59,981 bases of DNA from NCBI GenBank assembly GCA_021775715.1, contig JAJFHI010000122.1, positions 1 through 59,981 on the forward strand. Reading direction: 5' to 3'. This stretch comes from Hyphomicrobiaceae bacterium (lineage in GTDB: Bacteria > Pseudomonadota > Alphaproteobacteria > Rhizobiales > Hyphomicrobiaceae). Shown piece by piece: positions 18,136-26,498 of the stretch (position 1 is the first letter of the stretch; every line of letters begins with the position of its first letter). Made by a program: the position numbers and the translations under genes. Below the pieces are notes generated by a model. The model did no database searches and was not told the origin of the DNA. It saw nothing but the letters and a program-made list of their open reading frames with translations.

Positions 18136-19091
18136 TGCTCGTTCACCCCTCTCCGCAATTCATCGGCGTGGCATAGCGTAAAGATCATGGGAGTTGCAAG
18201 AGCTGCCGGGATACGACGCAGAACTCCAGCGACGGTCCAGGCCAATCCGCCGTTTGTAGCGATCCTCGCGATCAGACCCGCTTGACGCTCTCTGAACCTT
18301 GAGTCTGTACGAGCACGGATGAAAAACCGTTCCATAACACCGCCGCTAAACGTGCAGGACAGGCTATTGCGCGTTGCCAGGCGTCGAACGCGACGTGCGG
18401 TAATGAAATTCACGGTATCCCAGACGCGTTGTTCCCGAGCGAAGGTGGCCGGAAAAAACCATTTCGTTATTTGCGGGGCAAACGGGACCAGTGGGATACC
18501 AAGGTGGGGCTCATAGGGAAATGCGTAATTGGGACAAAGGTGGGTCATCTTTCCGTGTGGAGAAAGGACATGGGCCAGGGCCACCATGGCGTCGTCCAGT
18601 GCCATAACATGTTCCATCACATTAACGGAGAAGATCAGGTCGAAACGACCATGGACTCCGGGTTCCAACTGCTCGGCGCGAAGGGGGAGAAGTTCAGGCC
18701 TAATTCGTAATGGGAGCGCTTCGGAAATGGCGACTGACATGGCGGGCATAAATCCAAAGCCACCCTCTTCGCCCGGTTCAATTCCGAATACCTCATACCC
18801 GAGGGATTTTAGATAGGCCGTCAGAACCCCGACCCCGGCGCCGACTTCTAGAATTCGCTGCCCGCCGGTGAGATGTGGTTTAATCAGGTCCAGTCCAACC
18901 TGCGCTTCGTTCAGATAGCTATTGAGGTGGGCTTCAAACTCGGCCGCCTGCCATTTACCGGACGCCAGCTCGCTTGCGCGCTGAGCGATTCTTTCACAAT
19001 CAAGCTCGGCGATAAAAGCGCTAAGGGAGGTGCTCGATGGCATCCGCCGATCGTTAGGCGGGTTGCTCGGTTGCGTTGACGTGTTCGGCAT
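18132..19091 (-). CDS. class I SAM-dependent methyltransferase with C-terminal extension
   Basis: SAM motif I reads RILEVGAGVGVLTAYL, with FGIEPG and DLIFSVNVMEHV. It is the first gene of the minus-strand operon. Confidence 0.65.
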   Translation of the reverse strand: MPNTSTQPSNPPNDRRMPSSTSLSAFIAELDCERIAQRASELASGKWQAAEFEAHLNSYLNEAQVGLDLIKPHLTGGQRILEVGAGVGVLTAYLKSLGYEVFGIEPGEEGGFGFMPAMSVAISEALPLRIRPELLPLRAEQLEPGVHGRFDLIFSVNVMEHVMALDDAMVALAHVLSPHGKMTHLCPNYAFPYEPHLGIPLVPFAPQITKWFFPATFAREQRVWDTVNFITARRVRRLATRNSLSCTFSGGVMERFFIRARTDSRFRERQAGLIARIATNGGLAWTVAGVLRRIPAALATPMIFTLCHADELRRGVNEH

Positions 19092-19257
19092 GGATCATCC
19101 AGAGCCTCGATCGAAGAAGGCCATTACCAGCTCCGAAGACGGTCTATCCTTTGGGAATTCGGCTTATGAGATCTCCTCCTGAGCCTACAAGAATAGTGCC
19201 CGAAGAAGCTCGCGATGACAAGTGCCGCAGAACGGCTGCTCAATGGTGGATCAGCTC

Positions 19258-20290
19258 TCAGCCGCTGCCTGTTGCTGATACTCGGCCGTCTGCTTCCTCA
19301 AGGGACCGTCCAGTAAACCGGTGCGGGGGGCGGACTATTCGTGCTTCATGAAAACCGCCAAGTATCAACGGCAACCAGACGGACGTTCCATGGCCAACGT
19401 CACCTTGTTCAGTTGATGTGGGCTCCAACCCGACTCGAATCAGCACTTCGTCGGACACTTGCAGCCTTACATTCGAGCCGCGCAAGATCCAAGCAGAATC
19501 GAGAAGAAGGCAAGGCACGGTGGACAAGGACTTGGCGGCCAAATTCTCGCTCCCACGGGTCCCGCCCAACAACCAAGGTTGGGACACAGAGACCCCTCCA
19601 ACTGCGAATACCAGCCCCCGCGATATCCCGGCGAGATCAATCATCGGATAGCCCCGCCTGAATCCAAGTTTTTTGAGTTCTGAACCGAGAGTCTGAATCG
19701 AATCCGATCGCTTTTTGTAGACGTAGAGTTTGGATCGCAACCCGGCAGGTCCCATTTCAGTTGGCGTTGCTTGTAGCAAAGATCCATCGGTTAACGCCTT
19801 GGCCGCTCCATGCTGGTGCCAAACCTATCGATAGCGGACTAAGCGCCGTTCTTGCAATTTGAGTTGAGTTCCGCCGATGCATAATAAGGATGAGAGAGCT
19901 CATCCAGACAAAGAATGCCGCATGGTTCATTTTCCTGGCGTAACCGCCCAAATGCTCGAACGGAAATATGAACGTGCAGACCAAAAACAGTACGGCTTCT
20001 GCAAGGCACCTGTTTCCCTCCCTTGAGAAAAAGTAGGACCGCCAATCTCGCAGCAGGCACCACACGATAGCTGCCAACGGGACCGAGATCGTCAATTGTT
20101 TGTATTTGTTTGAGTGTGATGCGGAAAACTTTGCAAAACCCGGGAACATTATTTAGGCCACCACGAACACGGCACCCAGAAAAACAACCCCCATCAGCAC
20201 AAACGAATCGGCGTTTTTCGCTTTATCCGGTACGGCAAAACATAACAGCGTAATAAAAAACGTCCCTGCGACTGTCGAGCCCCAAAATCA
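19258..20290 (-). pseudogene. possible decayed polytopic membrane-protein gene (three consecutive reading frames)
   Basis: Three adjacent minus-strand frames carry hydrophobic stretches but are broken. About 20153..20290 reads FWGSTVAGTFFITLLCFAVPDKAKNADSFVLMGVVFLGAVFVVA then a stop. The 130-aa ORF 19757..20149 follows, then the 173-aa ORF 19258..19779, which overlaps it in another frame. I recognised no family. Confidence 0.3.
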
Positions 20291-20550
20291 TGTGCCCTTT
20301 CGATCAGAGTTTCTGTCACGGGTGGTCGCCTCTGACTGACAAGAGAAAGCTGGTTTTCTTCGACTAAGTCCACCGAACGCTCGATGGCGCCCGTTTTATC
20401 GGAAGAAGAGCGTTGAAGACTGAGTTGATGAAGTTCGTCGAAACCGGTAAAGCATGTGTTTCGCAGACCTGCTGACCGTCAAATCGCCGTTTCGTTTCAA
20501 CGTAGTGCCGCGATCATTTACGTCGGGCAACGCAAGGATAGTATGAAAAG

Positions 20551-22617
20551 ATGTTTGATAGAATTGCTATGAGGGTTCCCAGATGGTTGGGGACATCATC
20601 GTTCGTATTCCTGCTCTTAATCGCTTCACTATTGGTCGCGACATTGGGATCGGCGAAACTTGCAGACAGTAAGTATCTGAGCGGTGTCTATTGGTTCTTT
20701 TTCGTTTCACTGATGCTCGTCCTGGTCCTGACCTCAATTCCGAAGGTCGGTCAGTTCGTTACCGATCGGCTCAACGCATTTGCGAAAACCTTGTGGCGGC
20801 GAGGGAGCTTCAGATCGAATGTCATTGAGGAGATGCCGAAGTTTGCGATGATCAGGATCGCGTTCGGGATTTTCATGATCGAGCGAGCGTTTTGGATTTT
20901 ATACTACATGTTCCCTGCAGACTGGGCATCGCCGTTGGTTAGCGCAGTTGCAATCCTGAATCTAATCGCCGCGTGTCTGGTGGCTCTTGGTCTTTTCACT
21001 CAGCCTGCCATGACGTATCTGATTTTTGTGCAGTGGCAGACAGGTGATGCGATCCTGGGGACGTCGACGCTTGGTAATGACATTGGTGCAATGCTTGCCA
21101 TCCTGTTGATCGTGGCCAACGCGGGTGCGCATTTATCGATCGACGGTTGGTTGCGACGGCGAACAGGGATGCTGGGGCGGTTCGTGTCAGCGACGTACTT
21201 TGATCGAGGGTTACCCGCCACCAATGCTTTGCAGATCGTTAAATTTCTGATGCTCACGGCCTATTGGTGCGTCTGCGTTTACTCATTGATGATGCATCTG
21301 AAGGAATCGGCCTGGATGAACGGCAGTGCTGGTCCCTTGTTGTTGACCAACAATTTCATGAGCCTATTCCAAGCGGAGTTTCAGCACTTCTTTGAACTGG
21401 GGCCATGGGCGGTTCTGATTGGGAAGGTGTCACTGTGGGCGATGTTGCCGTGGTATCTCGTCGTTTTACCATTTGTGTTGCTGGGCGGATGGTGGCGAAC
21501 CTACGTTATTGCCTGGGGTTTGTTGTTCTTCACACTCAGCTTGTTTGTTCTTCAACTCGGTTGGTTGGCGGAGTTCGAGTTTTTGTTCTTTGCCGGACTT
21601 TTTTGGCAGAAGGCCTTTCTGGGACCACAAAGATCGCTGCAAATTGCCTACGATGATCGGTGCAACCTATGTGACCGCACCATTAACGTCGTCAAATTCT
21701 GCGACATCTTCGGACGAACCGAGTTGAAACCGGTTTCCAAAAATGCAGATTGGCTTGCGCAGAATGGAATAGAACCAGCCGCTGCCATGGCGGATTTGCA
21801 CGGGGTCGAAGTCAACCGTGACGATCACGTCACAAAGGGGTATGAGTTCTACCTGACCCTCTCTCGAACCATTTTTCTGCTGACGCCTGCCTATCCGGTA
21901 TTGCTTCTCGGCAGATGGATTGGGCTGGGTCCGACGATGTATCGTTACATCGCTGATCGGCGAACCTCGCTGTTCGGAGTGTGCGAACTTCCGACATCAA
22001 AACCACAGATGGCGATTGATAACGGAGGCAAGGAACCCCCGGTGGAAGTTGCGAAACGAGACGCGATTGTTCCTGTCGCGGCTCATTGCATTGCCCTGGC
22101 CCTGATTTATCTGCTTCTTATACCAATCCCCGCGTTAAATTGGACAGGCCTGCCACTACCCAGAGACATGAGAATGACATCGCTGCATGCTCAAGGGGCA
22201 GCGCACATATACGGCATGACGCCAATTGACGTCTTCAACAAGACTGACCTGAGGATGGCCGAGAATTGGTTCACACTCAACCGGCTCGACGGTGAGGGCC
22301 AGGAGACACTGTTGCCCGTTTTCAACCCAGATGGTTCTCGCCGTGCGATGCATAAGTCAGACATGCTTTACTACGGTACGACCGTACGTTTCCGACGCGC
22401 GACCATCGGGAAGAAGGGCTGTTTCTTCAAACGATATAATAGCTTGATCAGAAAGATCGCGAGCTATTACGACGATTCACAAACAGGGGGAGAAGCGACA
22501 TTCGTATACCGACAATACCACCAGTTACTTCCCAACGTGGACAAGTTGGTTCAGGGAAACTATGTAGCCAACAGCGTCGATGAGGTGTGCGTTGTTCAAT
22601 TCAAGTCGAAAGGTTGA
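20551..22617 (+). CDS. membrane protein: HTTM-like (vitamin-K-carboxylase-type) TM domain fused to a DCC-family (DUF393) thiol-disulfide oxidoreductase domain and a C-terminal extracytoplasmic domain
   Basis: The HTTM-like opening reads FAMIRIAFGIFMIERAFWILYY, followed by several TM helices (to about aa 355). The DCC signature reads LQIAYDDRCNLCDRTINVVKF ... MYRYIADRRTSLFG. One more TM helix follows (IVPVAAHCIALALIYLLLIPI), then a tail of about 170 aa. The DCC call is firmer than the HTTM call. Confidence 0.55.
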   Translation: MFDRIAMRVPRWLGTSSFVFLLLIASLLVATLGSAKLADSKYLSGVYWFFFVSLMLVLVLTSIPKVGQFVTDRLNAFAKTLWRRGSFRSNVIEEMPKFAMIRIAFGIFMIERAFWILYYMFPADWASPLVSAVAILNLIAACLVALGLFTQPAMTYLIFVQWQTGDAILGTSTLGNDIGAMLAILLIVANAGAHLSIDGWLRRRTGMLGRFVSATYFDRGLPATNALQIVKFLMLTAYWCVCVYSLMMHLKESAWMNGSAGPLLLTNNFMSLFQAEFQHFFELGPWAVLIGKVSLWAMLPWYLVVLPFVLLGGWWRTYVIAWGLLFFTLSLFVLQLGWLAEFEFLFFAGLFWQKAFLGPQRSLQIAYDDRCNLCDRTINVVKFCDIFGRTELKPVSKNADWLAQNGIEPAAAMADLHGVEVNRDDHVTKGYEFYLTLSRTIFLLTPAYPVLLLGRWIGLGPTMYRYIADRRTSLFGVCELPTSKPQMAIDNGGKEPPVEVAKRDAIVPVAAHCIALALIYLLLIPIPALNWTGLPLPRDMRMTSLHAQGAAHIYGMTPIDVFNKTDLRMAENWFTLNRLDGEGQETLLPVFNPDGSRRAMHKSDMLYYGTTVRFRRATIGKKGCFFKRYNSLIRKIASYYDDSQTGGEATFVYRQYHQLLPNVDKLVQGNYVANSVDEVCVVQFKSKG

Positions 22618-23234
22618 GGCAGCATATGATCAAAAGTACTGCCCCAAGAGAGGCCGTCGCCCTTAAAAGGGTTAATGCGAATTTCAGACCAATTCATTCG
22701 AAACATCAGGGCCAGGTGGGTTGACGTCCAAATTACATCATATCTTTTCACACGTTCTACGAACGGCGTCTGCTTGTGTTTATGGTGGCCCACGGTAGAG
22801 AAGTCCAAAAGCGGAAATCTCAGCACAATGAGTCAGTAACTTCTTAGCTGTCTAAGCCATCGATGGATGGGTTGGGCTGATGTCCGGTTAGTACAAACGC
22901 TACCGCAATGCGCTGCGGCATGCGATGATTTTCGATAACCGCAATGTCACAAATGCATAAGTTTTTGTTGAGACCGCCGCGTGAGTCTTGGCATGTCCGC
23001 ATTTGCGAACTTCGGTTGAGATGACCATGGATCATGTTGCACTTGCTTGCGGCAGGTATTGGCCCATCGTGTCTATCCGGTCCACGTGCGCCGTGTCCAC
23101 ATTGGACAACAACGGACATGGGCAGTGCAAATTCAAAGTGACCGGATGGCGCCAACTTTTGACATAGAAACATTCATCAGCTTAAGCGCGGTTTCTTAAA
23201 AGCTGGCCCATTATTTTGGGGCTGGACAATGAGC

Positions 23235-23479
23235 GGAATCCTCCAGTAATGGAAATCGCCATCTGTCTCACATTATGTGACGACGAACACCTCACGCCAG
23301 CCGACATCTACCACGGACGCGGACAGGCGATTCTATTGCAGCGTGAAAAAACGAAAAGGAGCACTATGAAACTTCGACGCTTGCAGCACGCCAACGTTGC
23401 TGCTTAACTTCAACCAGATGTGCCGAAGCCTCCGTTAACGGCAACCGACATCTGTCTCAAATTATGTGTCGACGAAAAA
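23235..23479 (+). mobile_element. two stacked IS3-family right-end relics (IRR at 23257..23289; transposase tail plus IRR at 23445..23479)
   Basis: cgccatctgtctcacattatgtgacgacgaaca and ccgacatctgtctcaaattatgtgtcgacgaaaaa are same-orientation copies. Their reverse complement, TGTTCGTCGTCACATAATGTGAGACAGA, aligns without gaps with the family-1 IRL TGTTCCCCGTCATCACCTATGAGACAGA. Confidence 0.6.
23281..23407 (+). pseudogene. IS3-family transposase, last ~40 codons
   Basis: DDEHLTPADIYHGRGQAILLQREKTKRSTMKLRRLQHANVAA then a stop. This matches the LTPADVYFGR..ILA.R..IK..T...RRL tail of rve transposases. Confidence 0.6.
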
Positions 23480-23510
23480 CTAATAAGCTGTTTAAAGAAC
23501 GCGGAATATA

Positions 23511-25586
23511 ATGCAAAAGATACGGTGGACTGCAACGCACTTCCCAGTTTCTAAAAGCTTCGCATTCAGCGCTTCGCTTTTTGCACTTTTCACCTTGACG
23601 CTTGCGGTGTTGGCCCTTTTTGGACATGAAGCGCGAGTGGTCAAGTCTTCCGATTTGGTGTTCAGCTCTGCATACCATGCTCTGCTAGGTTATGCGGTAT
23701 CAATACTGATGTGGGTAACGGGAACAGCAGCTGTTCTGCCTTTCTTGCGTTCATCAGCAGACCGCTTTCCAGCGGCGGCGCTCGCAGGTTTTATTGTTTC
23801 ACTGCCAATTACTGCAATCTTTGTTATTCTCTCTCTAATTTTCTCAGGCACTGTGCTCTGGTTGTCAGCGATAGTTCTGATTTTTAATGTAGTGTCTTTT
23901 GTCCTAGTCCCATTAACATTGCGAGAACTCCAGTTCGTTGTGCGTTGTTGCACAGGACTACTCCCATTTTCTATGTTCTTTGGTGTCTGGCTTGGATTAG
24001 ATCTGCATGGCCCAACCGAGACTGAACCGGGACCGACAATTGGAGATTTAACTTTTTACGCATCTGCGATCTGGAGCCTTGAACTTCAAGCGTGGCCGTT
24101 AAGAAACCTGGGTGCGCTCAATGAGGTTTATGTTCCGCCGTGGAATCAGCTCTGGTCGGCCGTAGGAGCAATTTTACTGCGGCATCTTGGGATTGAGCCA
24201 CACCTATTCTTGGCAAGTGGCGGAGGGAGTGCGTACATCCTAAATGTAGGTATCGCTATTTCTCTATTCTTCTACAATTCAAGCCGGCAACTCAGCGGAT
24301 TGGCCGTAGTTGCGTTGATCTTGGCTGGCATCAGTGCAAGTTGGCACCCTTCTTGGACAGTGGGTAGTATTCCAGTTATTCATGCTGTGCCGTTAGCATT
24401 GGCAGCTACGTATTGGCTGGTGCACCGACCATCGATGTTGGTTCCAACGATTTTCCTTACTTTTGCAGCACTAATAGGAACAGCGCTCAGCAAAGTCACT
24501 ATGGCGCTATTTGTAGTGGCAATAGCGTTTTTCTCAATCGTCCCTCGAATGCAGGAATTGTCCAAGCGACAATTATTTGTGATTATGGTGGTCGGTGCCG
24601 TCGCGTGTCTGTACGGAGCGTGGATGCTCAATAGTTATCTTTGGTTTTATATTCATAAGCTTGGGCCAGAGACCTATCTTCATAATCTCAACGGCTTACC
24701 ATTCTGGCCAATGGGAGTGCTCTATTTACTTCGTGAAGCTGGTTACGCCACCTGCGGAGTGCTTGCTGTCAGATTACTGCCATTGCGAATTTCCTTGGCT
24801 CTGGCAGTAGCTCTTGCCGCTGGCTTGATCTACCCGTGGATTTTCCGTATTGACGCGATAGTGGCGCTCCTGGTTGCTGTTCTACTGATTGTGAGGCAGA
24901 GTCAGGCAAACTCCCTACAACTAATTTTACTGGCCGTGGCGCTGGCACTTGCAGCGCCTGCGAGCCTATTCGGTGATTATGTCGGTGGTAACTTATGGTT
25001 GGTCTGGCCGATTGCAATTTCTGGACTGACCTTGGTGGCTCTGGCAAGTCGCAAGCCTGATTTTCGTGCCTACGAACGCTCTCCTAAATTGTTATGGCCG
25101 TGGATAAGCGTTACATTTTGCTTTTGCGTTACCCTTGTGTTTATTGCCACCGGTCACCTTGCAGTCACAAATCGAGAACGCGTGGAGCAGGCTGAGCTGA
25201 CGCCAATGGTTAGAGATATTTGGCAGTCGGTTCGGGAAAAGACACCCAAAAACGCGCTCATATTCACCGATCAGGTGTCAGAAAAATTTTCATTGGTGGG
25301 TGGCTATAATACTTATGCATTTGCCGGTCAGCGGCAAATATACTTATCAAACATCTGGGGCACGCTAGCGTTAACACGCGACGTAGACCAGCGACGGAAC
25401 ATACTGCGCCTGAATCGATCTATATTATCTGGACAGACGCATCCCGTTGAACTAGCTGACACTTCGAAATATTCAACGTTTTTTGCAGTCGTTGACAATA
25501 GTCGAATTGTTCCTATGGGCTGGCACTTAGTCCATAGAAACAGTGTTTACGCACTCTATCGAATAGAGTCTAAACCGCCCTCGTAA
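23511..25586 (+). CDS. polytopic membrane protein (~16 TM) with C-terminal soluble domain; possible GT-C-type glycosyltransferase or polymerase
   Basis: 691 aa. Hydrophobic segments are near-continuous to about aa 545. A soluble tail of about 145 aa follows (TPMVRDIWQSVREKTPKNALIFTDQVSEKFSLVGGYNTYAFAGQRQIYLSN...). No catalytic motif was recognised. The ATG lies only 31 nt after the IS3 IRR end. Confidence 0.35.
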   Translation: MQKIRWTATHFPVSKSFAFSASLFALFTLTLAVLALFGHEARVVKSSDLVFSSAYHALLGYAVSILMWVTGTAAVLPFLRSSADRFPAAALAGFIVSLPITAIFVILSLIFSGTVLWLSAIVLIFNVVSFVLVPLTLRELQFVVRCCTGLLPFSMFFGVWLGLDLHGPTETEPGPTIGDLTFYASAIWSLELQAWPLRNLGALNEVYVPPWNQLWSAVGAILLRHLGIEPHLFLASGGGSAYILNVGIAISLFFYNSSRQLSGLAVVALILAGISASWHPSWTVGSIPVIHAVPLALAATYWLVHRPSMLVPTIFLTFAALIGTALSKVTMALFVVAIAFFSIVPRMQELSKRQLFVIMVVGAVACLYGAWMLNSYLWFYIHKLGPETYLHNLNGLPFWPMGVLYLLREAGYATCGVLAVRLLPLRISLALAVALAAGLIYPWIFRIDAIVALLVAVLLIVRQSQANSLQLILLAVALALAAPASLFGDYVGGNLWLVWPIAISGLTLVALASRKPDFRAYERSPKLLWPWISVTFCFCVTLVFIATGHLAVTNRERVEQAELTPMVRDIWQSVREKTPKNALIFTDQVSEKFSLVGGYNTYAFAGQRQIYLSNIWGTLALTRDVDQRRNILRLNRSILSGQTHPVELADTSKYSTFFAVVDNSRIVPMGWHLVHRNSVYALYRIESKPPS

Positions 25587-25761
25587 AGACGTTTAGCCAG
25601 CGATGCCAAAACGGCCTAGTCATGACCCAATCCTATGTCCAGCGTCAAAATCATGTGCCAATTTTTGCTAGAATTTCTGTAAGCGTCCGATCTGCACCGC
25701 CTTACGCGACCTGACCTTCCCAGTCATGATGTCCGTCTAGATTTAATCGGGCAGGAACCTA

Positions 25762-26103
25762 ATGGCATCAAGATCGAGAAGTTCACGTCGGCGATGGAGC
25801 GATACCTTTGAGAAGCGCGTTGTCGCCGAAGCGAGCCGTCCGGGTTTGACGGTGGCACAGATTGCCCATCGCTACGATCTTGATGCAGGACGGATATCGA
25901 ACTGGAAGAAGAAGTTCAGTTCCGTCGGGATTCTGGTGCCGGTGGAAGTCACACCTGATGATGACAACATGTCAATGTCAGCCGATCGATCGCCGTCCTG
26001 CATCGAGATCGACCTACCTTGGGGCACGAGGGTACGGTGTCATGCAAACGCAAACACCGAGCTGGTCGCTGACATCATTGCCGCTATACGATCGAAGCGA
26101 TGA
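25762..26103 (+). CDS. tnpA: IS66-family accessory protein TnpA
   Basis: [44 protein letters not shown] is the IS66 Orf1 helix-turn-helix pattern. It overlaps tnpB by 4 nt (ATGA). Confidence 0.7.
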   Translation: MASRSRSSRRRWSDTFEKRVVAEASRPGLTVAQIAHRYDLDAGRISNWKKKFSSVGILVPVEVTPDDDNMSMSADRSPSCIEIDLPWGTRVRCHANANTELVADIIAAIRSKR

Positions 26104-26249
26104 TCCCGATTCCGGCAAGCACGAAAGTTTGGATCGCGTCGGGCGTGACGGACATGCGCAAGAGCTTCAACGGCCTGAGCATGCTGATCCAGGACGCGTT
26201 GGAGCAAGATCCATTCTCAGGCCATTTGTTTGTCTTTCGTAACCGTCCG
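26100..26249 (+). pseudogene. tnpB: IS66-family TnpB, truncated after ~49 codons
   Basis: [49 protein letters not shown] is the IS66 Orf2 N-terminus. The expected RGD..K..WWD continuation is replaced by the IS3 IRL. Confidence 0.7.
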
Positions 26250-26498
26250 TGTATCCCGTCATTGCCTATGAGACAGACTGAGGTTCTTTACTTAGGGAGG
26301 TTTTCTGGCTCATCGTGATCCAATGAGGGATGACGAATGACAAAGAGACCTGAGCCGCGTGAGACGGCCGAGAGACATGTAAAGGACATCCGCCGGAAGA
26401 CACGTCGGAAGTTTTCTTCCGAGGAGAAGATCCGGATTGTCCTTGAAGGCCTGCGTGGGGAATATTCCATTGCCGAACTGTGCCGGCGCGAGGGCATT
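26250..26498 (+). mobile_element. IS3-family element, left end only (IRL 26250..26283, first ~53 codons of orfA from 26337)
   Basis: The IRL reads tgtatcccgtcattgcctatgagacagactgagg. OrfA reads MTKRPEPRETAERHVKDIRRKTRRKFSSEEKIRIVLEGLRGEYSIAELCRREGI. Homology ends at the stop codon (26497..26499) of the convergent sugar-transferase gene. Confidence 0.7.

Larger units (their letters stand above)
25679..26249 (+). mobile_element. IS66-family element, left part only (IRL, tnpA, 5' part of tnpB)
   Basis: It starts with GTAAGCGTCCGATC, the GTAAGCG-type IS66 terminus. tnpA and tnpB follow. The element is cut at about 26249 by the IS3 IRL. Confidence 0.7.

Noticed and set aside
22596-23173. ORFs of 76 and 109 aa on the minus strand between the HTTM-DCC gene and the IS3 relics.
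   Set aside because: I could read no motifs, no RBS and no similarity to transposase or other families. They are probably non-coding spacer or eroded sequence.
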